Assembly: GCA_965215605.1 (NCBI GenBank)
Contig: OZ244070.1
Coordinates: 3,328,001-3,392,000, forward strand
Reading direction: 5' to 3'
DNA length: 64,000 nucleotides
Source: an uncultured Candidatus Binatia bacterium
Lineage (GTDB): Bacteria; Desulfobacterota; Binatia; UBA9968; JAJDTQ01
Shown here: in pieces, positions 28,636 to 37,943 of the stretch
How positions within the stretch are numbered: position 1 is the first letter of the stretch
Layout of the letters: each line of letters begins with the position of its first letter
The notes under the pieces: generated by a model
Told to the model about the DNA's origin: nothing
Seen by the model: only the letters and a program-made list of their open reading frames with translations
The model's database searches: none
Translations under genes and position numbers: made by a program

Positions 28636-29424
28636 CTACTGGCCCTTGAACTTGGCCGTCCGCTTTTCCAGGTAGGCGGTCACGCCCTCGTTGCCGTCCT
28701 CGCTGGCGAAGGTCTGGGTAAGCACCTCCCGCTCGAACGCCAGACCCTCCGGCAGTGAGGTTTCGATGCCGGCGTGGATCGCGCGTTTGATCTTGCCCAC
28801 GGCCATGCTGGCCTTGTTGGGGGGCACGAACTGCCTGGCGTAGTCCATCACGTCCTGCAGGAAGGTGTCGCGCTCGTAGATGTAATGCAGCAGCCCCATG
28901 TCCATGGCCTCCTCGAAGGCCACCTGCTTGCCCGTGGCGCACAACTCCAGGGCCTTGGCCCGGCCCACCAGGCGCGGCAGGCGCTGGGTGCCGCCCATGC
29001 CCGGCATGACCCCGAGGTTCACCTCGGCCAGCCCCATCCGGCCGCCGTCCTTCTTGCCGATGCGGATGTCCGCCGCCATGGAGATCTCCAGCCCGCCGCC
29101 GACGGCGTGGCCGTTGACCGCCGCGATCACCAGCTTGGGGGTGTTCTCCATGCGCATCAGCACCTCGTGGCCGTGCAGCGCGAAGTTGGCCTTGTAGGAC
29201 AGGTTCTGGGTCCCGAGCATGTTGATGTCGGCGCCGGCGGAAAAGAACTTCTCTCCCTTTCCGGTGATTACGATCACGTGGGTGCCGTCGTCGAAGCGCG
29301 CCTTCAGCAGCGCGTCATCGAGCTCCCGCAGCATCTCGTGAGTGTAGGAATTGACCGGCGGATGGTTGAGCTCGATAAGCGAGATGCCGCCTTCGGTGGT
29401 CTGGTCAATGGTGCCGTCTGCCAT
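28636..29424 (-). CDS. Enoyl-CoA hydratase/isomerase
   Basis: [36 protein letters not shown]. Confidence 0.92.
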   Translation of the reverse strand: MADGTIDQTTEGGISLIELNHPPVNSYTHEMLRELDDALLKARFDDGTHVIVITGKGEKFFSAGADINMLGTQNLSYKANFALHGHEVLMRMENTPKLVIAAVNGHAVGGGLEISMAADIRIGKKDGGRMGLAEVNLGVMPGMGGTQRLPRLVGRAKALELCATGKQVAFEEAMDMGLLHYIYERDTFLQDVMDYARQFVPPNKASMAVGKIKRAIHAGIETSLPEGLAFEREVLTQTFASEDGNEGVTAYLEKRTAKFKGQ

Positions 29425-29711
29425 AAGTGTGCCTCCTGAAGATACGTTTCTCGATCGGCGGAATCGCGCCTTCCGCAGCCGGCGGTGGCCGCACGGCGAG
29501 GCCGCTTCGCATCCCGAAATATCGGCTTCGAGCGGGGAAAGGACTCTGTAACGGAGGGCTGCTTTGTGCCCGCCGATTCCCATTTGAATTAGCGGGCGAG
29601 GGCCGACAAGTCAACCGTTCAGGTTCCCGGACGACATGGATGGAGCCGTGTCGTGGGCCGGCCCCGCCCGCGCCGTTGGAAAACCCGCTACCCTATGGCA
29701 AGAGTAACACG

Positions 29712-30881
29712 ATGGCCACGCGGAATACCCGAGAGAAGACCCTCCGGAGCGGTTTGAAGGCGCTTCGAAACGACGGGCTGGCGACCGAATCACCGGATGC
29801 GACCATGGTGGAGCCGCTGGTCCGGCGGTTCGAGGCCGAGCCGGCGGTTTCAGCGGCGGTGGCCCATGTCCTGGGGCGTATCCGGGACGCGGCCGCTGTG
29901 GAAGCGCTCAAGGACCTGGAGCGACGGGCGGGGAGCAAGGAGGTCCGGCGGGAGATACGCCGTTCCCTGTTCAAGCTGGCCCAGGGGGGGCTCGTGCCGG
30001 CCGAGCTCGAGGAAACCCGCCCGGCGGAGGCCGGAGCGAACTTCAGCCTGGCGCCGGAGATCGAGGGGTGCCTGTCGTCCGTCACCGGGGCGGGTTCGCG
30101 CATGGTGATCCTGACCCGGCCGCAGCCCGGCGGCGGGCTGATGGTCATGCAGGCCGCCGTCAATGACCGCCGCGGCCTGGAGAGGCTGGGGGGCAACGTC
30201 ATCCGCCGCAAGGAGTTGCGCCAGATGATGGAGGACATGAAGGCCCAGCTCCAGGTCTCCATGACCCCCGTGCCCTGGCAGTACGCCGACTGGCTGGTGC
30301 ACGAGGCTTATCAGAAAGTGACCGATTCGCCAGGGGAGGGGGTGGCCGACTATCCTCGGCTGCGGACTCATCTGACCGCCGCCAAGCCCGTACGGCGCTC
30401 CCACCCGGTCTTCGACCTCGTGGACGCGGCCGGCGTCGAGTCCATGGCTCCGTCCGAGACTTCGGAGAAGCTCCTGGAGGAACCGGAGTTCCGCACCTGG
30501 TTCGTGGAAAAGGACTTGCTGGAGCCTTACCTGGAGCGCCTCGAGGACACCGAGCAGAACCGTATCGTCCTCAACCCGATGCAGAAGGAAGAACGGTACC
30601 GCGGCATCGTCCGGGAGGCCGTCGAGGGAATCGTCCTCGGGGAGGAGACGCGCACGGTGTTCGAGGGACGCCTCGAGGACGCCGCCCTCCACCTGCATGT
30701 TTCCGGTCAGGAAGAGAAGGCACGGGCCGTCCTCGGGGTCGCCTCGGCCATCCGCCGCCGCGACCTCGGAAGCCTCGGCGTCCCGCTGCTGGAAGCCCTG
30801 GTGATGCGGAGCCTGGGCCTGCACAAGGCCCAGGAGAAGCAGGAAGCGGCGGAAGAGTCGTCGCTGATCGTCAAGCCGTAG
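29712..30881 (+). CDS. Hypothetical protein, predicted helical with a HEAT-like N-terminus
   Basis: Host-like codon usage; LGRI...AAVEAL..L.......KEVRREIRRSLFKL pattern; no family recognised. Confidence 0.7.
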   Translation: MATRNTREKTLRSGLKALRNDGLATESPDATMVEPLVRRFEAEPAVSAAVAHVLGRIRDAAAVEALKDLERRAGSKEVRREIRRSLFKLAQGGLVPAELEETRPAEAGANFSLAPEIEGCLSSVTGAGSRMVILTRPQPGGGLMVMQAAVNDRRGLERLGGNVIRRKELRQMMEDMKAQLQVSMTPVPWQYADWLVHEAYQKVTDSPGEGVADYPRLRTHLTAAKPVRRSHPVFDLVDAAGVESMAPSETSEKLLEEPEFRTWFVEKDLLEPYLERLEDTEQNRIVLNPMQKEERYRGIVREAVEGIVLGEETRTVFEGRLEDAALHLHVSGQEEKARAVLGVASAIRRRDLGSLGVPLLEALVMRSLGLHKAQEKQEAAEESSLIVKP

Positions 30882-30924
30882 CCAGCTTTGAGGATGGCGA
30901 TGCTTGGTTCCCCTACGAAAGAAT

Positions 30925-33900
30925 TCATGGGGAGACGTCGATACCCGCACTGCCTAGCTTGATCACCCGATCAATCACTGCTTCTCTTACGAGGTTGCCC
31001 ACCAGGATTTCAATTTCGTCGCCTTCTTCCGCACCGACTAGAGCGTGGCCGAGAGGCATATCGATGTGTATGACGCCACGATTCGGATCATTGACTTTGT
31101 CGCTAAGGGTGACTTCGAGGGCTGGTCCTGCTCCAGAAAGAAAACGCACGTGAACTGTATCGCCTACGTCAACGTAGCGTGGATCTGATTTTTCGTTGCC
31201 GCCTTGAGGTTCCGAATCCGGTGGTTCGTGAGTCGGATCTGTCATGTCCGGAAACGGAATCTCCTCACCCTCAGCAGTAAAGGGCTTGCCTCGCTCGCTA
31301 GCTATGTACGAGTCGTCATTGTTTTTGAGCCAATCTAGTCGCGCGGTGATCGCCTGCTGCAGTTTTCTCGCTTCCGTTCGCGAGTCATTGAACCAATCAG
31401 TCGACCATATCCTGTATAGATGCCAGCCTAGACCCTCCAAGACTTCCTGACGAAGCCGGTCGCGATCACGGGCCGATTTCGACGAGTGATACGATGCGCC
31501 GTCGCATTCCACACCCATCAAAAAGCCATGTGGCCAATCCGGGTGCTTGACACCTATATCGACGAAATACCCAGCCACGCCGACCTGTGGCACCGGTTCA
31601 AATCCCATAGATCGAAGTTGTTCAATTACGAAGACTTCAAAATCGGAGTCCGGCTTCCTGGAACTCGTGTTGCCGCCTTGCAGAAACCCAGTGGCGGAGT
31701 ACTCGAGCCAGCGCTTCAACATATAGGCCCCAGGGTTACCGCTTTCGTCTGCTCGGATGTCGGCGGCTGTCATTGAAGAGAAGGTGACGATCTGTTGTTT
31801 GGCGCGTGAAAACAGAACATTGAGTCGCCTCTGCCCTCCCAAGCCGTTAATTGGACCAAAGCGTTGCATCACGGGGCCACTTGGTTCTTCGGGCCCATAT
31901 ACGGTGCCAATGAAAATGACATCCCGTTCGTCGCCTTGGACATTTTCCAAGTTCTTGATGAAAAACGACTCCAGGCCATCGTTCCTCTTGGCCCAGTCAT
32001 CAACATACTTTGAGGCAAGTGTGTCTCGGCTCAGAGAGTAGTCCATTTCCTCAAGGAGTAGATCCCGTTGCTTCTGGTTCAATGTTACCAGGCCCAGCGA
32101 ACGATCAGGACTCTCCCTCATGAATCGTAAAGCGGCATCAATCATCGTCCTGGCCTCTTCACCATTGGTGCCGGAGTGATATCTGCCCCGCACAGAGACC
32201 AACTGGACCCCCATGTTGCGTCTTGACTCGGTAGCCGACGGAAACACAACAAGATCATCGTTGTAGATCATGTGGTTGGAAAATTTGATCAATCCGGAAT
32301 GGCGAGAACGGTAGTGCCAGCGGAGGCGCCGTTTCGGCTTGAAGGCGGAATTGGCCATCTCCAATATGGATTCATCGAGAACAGTTTCGTCCTCGGTGTC
32401 TTCGTCATCGATCATCTTTCGAAAGAAACTCGTGGGCGGCAGTTGGTTCGTGTCGCCCACCACCACTGCTTGATGGCTTCGCGCTAACGCGCCAATCGAA
32501 TTCTCCGGAGGCATCTGCGACGCTTCATCGATGATGCATAGATCAAACTTCTGCTCACTGCGTGGTAGATACTGGGCAATCGCCAAGGGCGACATCATCC
32601 AACACGGTTTCAACTCCAGCAATGCTCGACCTGATCGGGTAGTGAGGTCACGAACCGGCACATAGCGTTGTTTCTTTGATATCTCGTTCGCAAGAAGGGA
32701 CATTTCGGTCCATGTTGATTTCGGGCCCACGCTTTCGCCATGCGGCGGTGTGGCCGATTCGTGCGCGATGGCCCGGAGGTGGGAACGTGCCATTCGGATG
32801 ATTTCACGGTCCAGCGTGGCCAACTCCATCCGGAGATCATCGAGTCGCTTCCCGTGGAACCGTCGAAGGTCCTTCCCATGAATTCCGAAAATCTCGTTGG
32901 TAAGGGCACGATGCACGACTGCCTCCAAAATTGCGCCAAGATTGTCCAAGGGGTAGTCCTCCGCAAGGAGAACACTCGCCAGCCAATCGAAACCCGCGTC
33001 CGCCAGTTCTTGACGTGCCGCGGCATAAACAGAGTGAAGGTAGAGCCCTTGTTTGTCTTCCGAAGCGTCTTTCAAGTATTTGGCAATTCCCGTCTGCGTC
33101 CTCTCGGAGGAGAAGCGGGAAGGGTTCATCCCCGTATGTTGGCAGAGTTGGGCGAGAACGGAGTCGGCACTACCGTCAGCATGAACCGCTGACTCCAGCG
33201 CATTGATGGCGGATTGGACTTCCCCTCGTTCCAGGATTTCAAGAGCACTATTCGCCGCGGGGCTGCGAATTGACGCAATAGCTTGCGCAGCCTGGATGTC
33301 AGTGCGCAATGATTTGCAATCGGTGGCGGCGCCATGGAAACGATTGCCGCAGAGATCTTTCATTTCTTGATTGCGATCCAGAGATGCCTTCAATTGTGAG
33401 TGATCTGATGCTTGTCGAGCAAGGTCGTCCAAGGACTCGACATTCACTGTACCGGGGTTCTTAAAGTCTTTGATCAGGCTTTCGAGGTGATCCAGTGTTT
33501 GCCGGAGGTTCCGCGCCAATAAGGTTCTTTGCGCGATGTCGGTTCCTAGCTGGTCAACGGTCTTGTGCGATGGCGTGTCGTCGATTTCGGGGATTGACAT
33601 CAAGAGATCGAGGTGTGCGGTTTTCAAGAACCATTTTTGGTCCCTTCCTTCAATGCCAGAAAATTGCTCGTCCACAACGTCATAGAATCTGCACAAGCGG
33701 TCGAAGGCTTCGAAGTCGGTATCTATGCCTTGGAAATGGAGCCCAAACACCGTAGACGCCTGTGGGTCGGTACAAAATCTCCGTTCCGTTTCCTTCCATT
33801 CAACGAGAGCCGCGATGTCGTCCACGGCCTGACTCCTATCAAATGCCGCCCGACGTGAAATGGAAAGGTAAAATCGTTTTGCCAAGCGATACTTTGAGGA

Positions 33901-36414
33901 CAAGAGCCGAAAGCGTCCCGCGCTTCGCAGTATTTCACCGTGAACAACCAGATCAGCAGTTGGCAGTGTTGTCGTGGAGAATATTGCATTGTGGAATTCG
34001 TCCCGTTGCCTTCGTAGATGTCTTCCCCGTCGGACCAAGCGTGACAACACAGCGGTTGCGACAGGATCTGCGGTGACTTCATCCCGAAGCGTTAAGATCT
34101 CGCGAGATGTTTGTTGGACTAGTTCTCGTGCTCGGATGATTTCGGGGATCATGAACGAGCCACCCTCGGCTGCAAGGTCTGCAAATTGGGCAAGCGTGTC
34201 ATGGGTGTTGTTCAGCCGAACCAAGAGGTCGGTCTCTTCATCGAGCCTTGATCGGAGCGTTACGGTATTGAGGGTCCTGATTCCGACGTCTTTGCATAGT
34301 GTTCTGATCTGACGCAACCGGTTGGGCAAGTCGGCATCTGCGGGATCCAAGAGTACTGTGGAAAGGTTCAGTTGTGCCGTTTGAAATCTTTCACACGCCT
34401 CAAGGTAATGGTTAGCGACGCCAATCTGTCTGTGCCGACAGAGCTTGCCGATTAGACCGACATCTAACGACTTGGTCGGCGGCAGTGCGGTTAGGACGGC
34501 CTTGAGCAGCCGCAGGTTAGCCAGGGGCGTTTCAGGGTTGACGTTGAAAGCGGCCAGTGCCTGCCGTGCTTGTACGGCTGCGAAGTAGGCGTCCGAGGCG
34601 GCTTCGGCGAGGTCGCATGTCTGTTCAACAACAAGACGATCGATGTTGACCAAGGCGTGACCCTGCCAATACGGCGGCGCAGAAATCGTGGCGCGCCAGG
34701 ACTCTTCCACTGCGTTGGCGATACGCCACAACGTCCTTATGTGCATTTCGTCATAGGAATCGATATCGGGAATTGCATGGGTTGCTATGACCTTGGGCTG
34801 TTTCAAGAGTACTTCATTTGCTGCGATGCCCCGTCCGATGATGTCGTGTATGGTACACCCGGTATTTCCGAACGAAGTGGAGAGGATGGCCATGTACTCT
34901 GCCAGTTCAGCTCTGGTCTGACGGAAAATCTCCACTTTACGGGCGTAGTCGGCGGCAGGCGCAGGTACACTCATCGCCACGCGGGCGCGTATTGACGCAA
35001 TGACGTTCTCTCGCGCGGACCGGTCGGCTTGGAGCGCAAGAATAAATTCTCCAAGCCCGATCGCTTCGAGGCGAGATTTCACCACATCAAGGGCCGCCGT
35101 CTTCTCCGCTACAAAAAGGACTTTTTTCCCAAGGGCGATTGCGGTTGCGATGGCATTGACAATTGTCTGGGACTTTCCTGTTCCGGGTGGACCTTCGATG
35201 GCGAGGTCGCGGCCGTCGGCGATGTCAATTAATGCGCTGAACTGGGAAGAGTCGGCGTCCATGACGAGGACGGGAACCTTTTTCTCAAGGGCCGGCTCGT
35301 CGACGTCGTATTCCTCCGGATAAAGGCTGGGACTCTGGCTCGGGATGCCCCCCAACAGCTTGCCAACCACAGTGCTTTGACCAAAACGATTCTGACTTGT
35401 GTCGAGATCGTGGTACATCGCCATGCGCGCTGACGGGAACACTCCAAAAGCAACTTGGCGACGCAACTGCCATTTGAGCGATTTCGGCGAGACTCTAGTG
35501 ACCTTGACAAGGTACTCTTCGATAGAGCCGCCTGTGTACGCTGGAATATCGATTCCAAAATCCTGGCGCAGTTTCTCCGCGAGAACTATATTGGTTTCGG
35601 CTCTGTCACCAGTGCCACGGACCCAGAACTCTGGCCCTGCGTGGGTCCTTTGTTTCTCGATCGCAACCTTCACGAGAACCAGCGGAGCAAGCGAACTCTC
35701 GTTCCCGTTCGAGTCGGTCCAATCCAGGAACCCGAAGGCAGCATGCAGGACATTGATTCCAGTTTCTTGAATCCATGTTCGGCACTTTGAATGGAGACTA
35801 CTTAACTTACGGTCCATGTCATCCGGTAAGAGCAAGGTCTGGATCGTGTCGTCCGCGTGGCGACCATCTGGGTTCGGTGTGTCTGGTTGGGGCAACTCGT
35901 AGGAGGGGGAGATATGGTTGTTCCTTGCGTGTTGTGGCAAGGAGACGTCGGATTTTGTCTGTCTTGCGGGCATAGCCAACAGTTCGCGAAGTTGGTCTTT
36001 GAGAGCCCGCTCCATCTGTCGGTGCTGCTCCAGGGCGGTATCGCTGTCTGTATTGATCGCATCAACTGCGGTCAAGTACGTCTCGTCCGTCAGTCTAGCT
36101 TCGGCTAGCGCGTCTTGGAAGACGGTTGTCCGCTCGTCGCGTGGATCGTCGTCCAGCGGCGGCAGCGAAATGAAACGCATCGGGTTCCCGTTTTCCAAGC
36201 TGTACCAGAGGACGTCCGGTAATTCGTCAACCACGCGGATGTGGGAGGCGGACCGAGGGGAGAATCTAGTCGAAATCAGGGGGTTGCGGCGACTGAAATC
36301 CAGAAGTTTGGGCCGGAGGCCTTCAATGCGAGACCTGACGAATTCCTGGAGCTCCGTGCCGACGGTCTCATCTGCGGGTTTAGGGCGCCCGAGCCAATCG
36401 GTTCCGTCGTTCAT
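30925..36414 (-). CDS. DUF4011 + superfamily I helicase + Vsr-like (MTES_1575-type) nuclease + GreA/GreB C-terminal domain; probable anti-phage protein
   Basis: LLDFSRRNPL (DUF4011), ETGINVL.AFGFL.W, GPPGTGKSQTI, IIDEASQM, VGD..QLPP, WHYRS, ENVQGDERD, RRLNVLFSRA, SDFE...DIGV...GVECDG..YH..RDRDR..WSTDW; ends with PLGHALVGAEEGDEI. Lower GC than the flanks. Confidence 0.88.
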   Translation of the reverse strand: MNDGTDWLGRPKPADETVGTELQEFVRSRIEGLRPKLLDFSRRNPLISTRFSPRSASHIRVVDELPDVLWYSLENGNPMRFISLPPLDDDPRDERTTVFQDALAEARLTDETYLTAVDAINTDSDTALEQHRQMERALKDQLRELLAMPARQTKSDVSLPQHARNNHISPSYELPQPDTPNPDGRHADDTIQTLLLPDDMDRKLSSLHSKCRTWIQETGINVLHAAFGFLDWTDSNGNESSLAPLVLVKVAIEKQRTHAGPEFWVRGTGDRAETNIVLAEKLRQDFGIDIPAYTGGSIEEYLVKVTRVSPKSLKWQLRRQVAFGVFPSARMAMYHDLDTSQNRFGQSTVVGKLLGGIPSQSPSLYPEEYDVDEPALEKKVPVLVMDADSSQFSALIDIADGRDLAIEGPPGTGKSQTIVNAIATAIALGKKVLFVAEKTAALDVVKSRLEAIGLGEFILALQADRSARENVIASIRARVAMSVPAPAADYARKVEIFRQTRAELAEYMAILSTSFGNTGCTIHDIIGRGIAANEVLLKQPKVIATHAIPDIDSYDEMHIRTLWRIANAVEESWRATISAPPYWQGHALVNIDRLVVEQTCDLAEAASDAYFAAVQARQALAAFNVNPETPLANLRLLKAVLTALPPTKSLDVGLIGKLCRHRQIGVANHYLEACERFQTAQLNLSTVLLDPADADLPNRLRQIRTLCKDVGIRTLNTVTLRSRLDEETDLLVRLNNTHDTLAQFADLAAEGGSFMIPEIIRARELVQQTSREILTLRDEVTADPVATAVLSRLVRRGRHLRRQRDEFHNAIFSTTTLPTADLVVHGEILRSAGRFRLLSSKYRLAKRFYLSISRRAAFDRSQAVDDIAALVEWKETERRFCTDPQASTVFGLHFQGIDTDFEAFDRLCRFYDVVDEQFSGIEGRDQKWFLKTAHLDLLMSIPEIDDTPSHKTVDQLGTDIAQRTLLARNLRQTLDHLESLIKDFKNPGTVNVESLDDLARQASDHSQLKASLDRNQEMKDLCGNRFHGAATDCKSLRTDIQAAQAIASIRSPAANSALEILERGEVQSAINALESAVHADGSADSVLAQLCQHTGMNPSRFSSERTQTGIAKYLKDASEDKQGLYLHSVYAAARQELADAGFDWLASVLLAEDYPLDNLGAILEAVVHRALTNEIFGIHGKDLRRFHGKRLDDLRMELATLDREIIRMARSHLRAIAHESATPPHGESVGPKSTWTEMSLLANEISKKQRYVPVRDLTTRSGRALLELKPCWMMSPLAIAQYLPRSEQKFDLCIIDEASQMPPENSIGALARSHQAVVVGDTNQLPPTSFFRKMIDDEDTEDETVLDESILEMANSAFKPKRRLRWHYRSRHSGLIKFSNHMIYNDDLVVFPSATESRRNMGVQLVSVRGRYHSGTNGEEARTMIDAALRFMRESPDRSLGLVTLNQKQRDLLLEEMDYSLSRDTLASKYVDDWAKRNDGLESFFIKNLENVQGDERDVIFIGTVYGPEEPSGPVMQRFGPINGLGGQRRLNVLFSRAKQQIVTFSSMTAADIRADESGNPGAYMLKRWLEYSATGFLQGGNTSSRKPDSDFEVFVIEQLRSMGFEPVPQVGVAGYFVDIGVKHPDWPHGFLMGVECDGASYHSSKSARDRDRLRQEVLEGLGWHLYRIWSTDWFNDSRTEARKLQQAITARLDWLKNNDDSYIASERGKPFTAEGEEIPFPDMTDPTHEPPDSEPQGGNEKSDPRYVDVGDTVHVRFLSGAGPALEVTLSDKVNDPNRGVIHIDMPLGHALVGAEEGDEIEILVGNLVREAVIDRVIKLGSAGIDVSP

Positions 36415-36860
36415 GCTCTCCCTTCCAAGATGGGAACAGTTGTTTTCTATAAGGAAAATCATTGGGGAAAGCCAATTGTCAATGGCAACGCTACTCAGCG
36501 TTCCTGCCTCTGGGCGTAATGGGTTAACGGGGCCCTTGACACGACAGCGGGTAAGGAAAGGATGAGCCGCCGGGGTAGTCGCTCGCGACTAGTGGTTGGA
36601 CAGTTCGGGGAAGATACTTCCAGCCATGGACAGGTATATGATGGGTTGGAAATCAGGATGACGCGGCCACAGCGTCGTTCGAGTTTTTCGGATCAACTCG
36701 GTCTTCGCGTAAGTGAGCGGAATCTAACCCATGGCGACCACACCGTGCAGAGGCAGCATCTACTTGGCGTCTTGAGTTCAGGATGGTGAATCCGGTTGTT
36801 CCTTATTCGGTCCTCGTCCTGGAAAATAGTCCTCGTGTTTCGATCAGAGTGTCGACTGAC

Positions 36861-37208
36861 TCAAGATTGGTGCGGACCCAGGAGGACGGCCAGCTTCTCC
36901 AACACCTCGGCAATTACCTGCGGTGGGGCCTGCGCCTCGAAACGAATCCGTCGTGCCCGCCAGTCCATGCTCTTGACCTGGTCGGCCAGGACGACACCGG
37001 TGACGTTTCCTCCCGGTGGGAGCGGCACCTCAAAGGGATAGCCTTTGACCCTGGACGTGATGGGACAGAGCAACGCCAAACTCGTCCTCCCGTTATAGCC
37101 ACGCGGACTCAGGATCAGGGCAGGCCGGCGTCCGGCTTGCTCGTGCCCGGCCTGAGGACTGAAGGTGAGCCATACGATGTCCCCGGCCCCTGGGACATGC
37201 TCTACCAT
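36861..37208 (-). CDS. mazF: MazF/PemK mRNA interferase toxin
   Basis: GDIVWL.F.PQAGHEQAGRRPALILSP..YN......CPITS..KGYPFEV...DQVKS.DWRAR. Confidence 0.95.
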   Translation of the reverse strand: MVEHVPGAGDIVWLTFSPQAGHEQAGRRPALILSPRGYNGRTSLALLCPITSRVKGYPFEVPLPPGGNVTGVVLADQVKSMDWRARRIRFEAQAPPQVIAEVLEKLAVLLGPHQS

Positions 37209-37441
37209 TCCTCGTTGCCTTGTGGCGGGCCGGTCTCCGTTTCCGGATGAAGGTTGTCATCCGTAATCTCGGCGAGCATGTCGGCAAGATTGTAGGTCGC
37301 CTTGCGGATGACGATTCGGTCGCCGCGCGGAACCAGTTCGATGGCGGAGCCTTCACGGACCCCCCATTGCTCAGCGATGGGTTTGGGGATGCGGACGGCC
37401 AGGCTGGCGCCCCATTTGGCGATATGCGACTTGGCACCCAT
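37202..37441 (-). CDS. mazE: MazE/AbrB antitoxin
   Basis: KWG.SLAVRIPK ... YNL..ML..IT..NLH.E...G...GNE.W; overlaps the mazF start. Confidence 0.93.
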   Translation of the reverse strand: MGAKSHIAKWGASLAVRIPKPIAEQWGVREGSAIELVPRGDRIVIRKATYNLADMLAEITDDNLHPETETGPPQGNEEW

Positions 37442-37451
37442 ATCGACGATC

Positions 37452-37485
37452 CTCCTCGGAATCTATATTAGATAGTTCTGAGGAG
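37452..37485. promoter_or_regulatory. Palindromic operator upstream of mazE
   Basis: CTCCTCGGAA...TTCTGAGGAG (1 mismatch) flanking an inner ATCTA/TAGAT; typical position for TA autoregulation. Confidence 0.55.
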
Positions 37486-37527
37486 TTTGCAAGAACAAGT
37501 CTGAACTAAACCGCTCGCGGTGGCGGT

Positions 37528-37920
37528 TCAGTCCGGCAGCACCACGATCGCCTCGATTTCCACCAGAAAATCGGGATTGGCCAGCCCGGCCGCCACCACC
37601 AGGGTGCTGGCGGGCGGGTTGTCGCCCATGTACTTGAGCCGCGCCGGGTTCAGGGCGTCCCGGAACCGCGGGTCGGTGATGTAGGTGGTGATCTTGACGA
37701 TGTCGCCGAACCCGGCTCCGGCCTCGTCGAGGACGGACTTCATGTTCTTGAGGACCTGCTCGGCCTGGGCCGCGGCGTCGCCCTTGCCGACGATGTTGCC
37801 GTCGGCGTCCACGGCGGTCTGGCCGGCGATGAAGAGCAGGCGTTTCCCCTCGGCGATGATGCCTTGCGAGTAACGCGGCCGCGGATCGGGTATGCTCCCG
37901 GGCTGCAGGATTTTCCTCAT
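37528..37920 (-). CDS. RidA/YjgF family protein
   Basis: YSQG, LFIAGQ, QA.QVL.N...L..AG, PPASTLV, VEIEA. Confidence 0.9.
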   Translation of the reverse strand: MRKILQPGSIPDPRPRYSQGIIAEGKRLLFIAGQTAVDADGNIVGKGDAAAQAEQVLKNMKSVLDEAGAGFGDIVKITTYITDPRFRDALNPARLKYMGDNPPASTLVVAAGLANPDFLVEIEAIVVLPD

Positions 37921-37943
37921 GGTTGCCTCCTTTGTGACGGGTA

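Noticed and set aside
36520-36850. Possible IS remnant or small ORF between the helicase and mazF
   Set aside because: No paired inverted repeat, transposase fragment or convincing ORF could be established.
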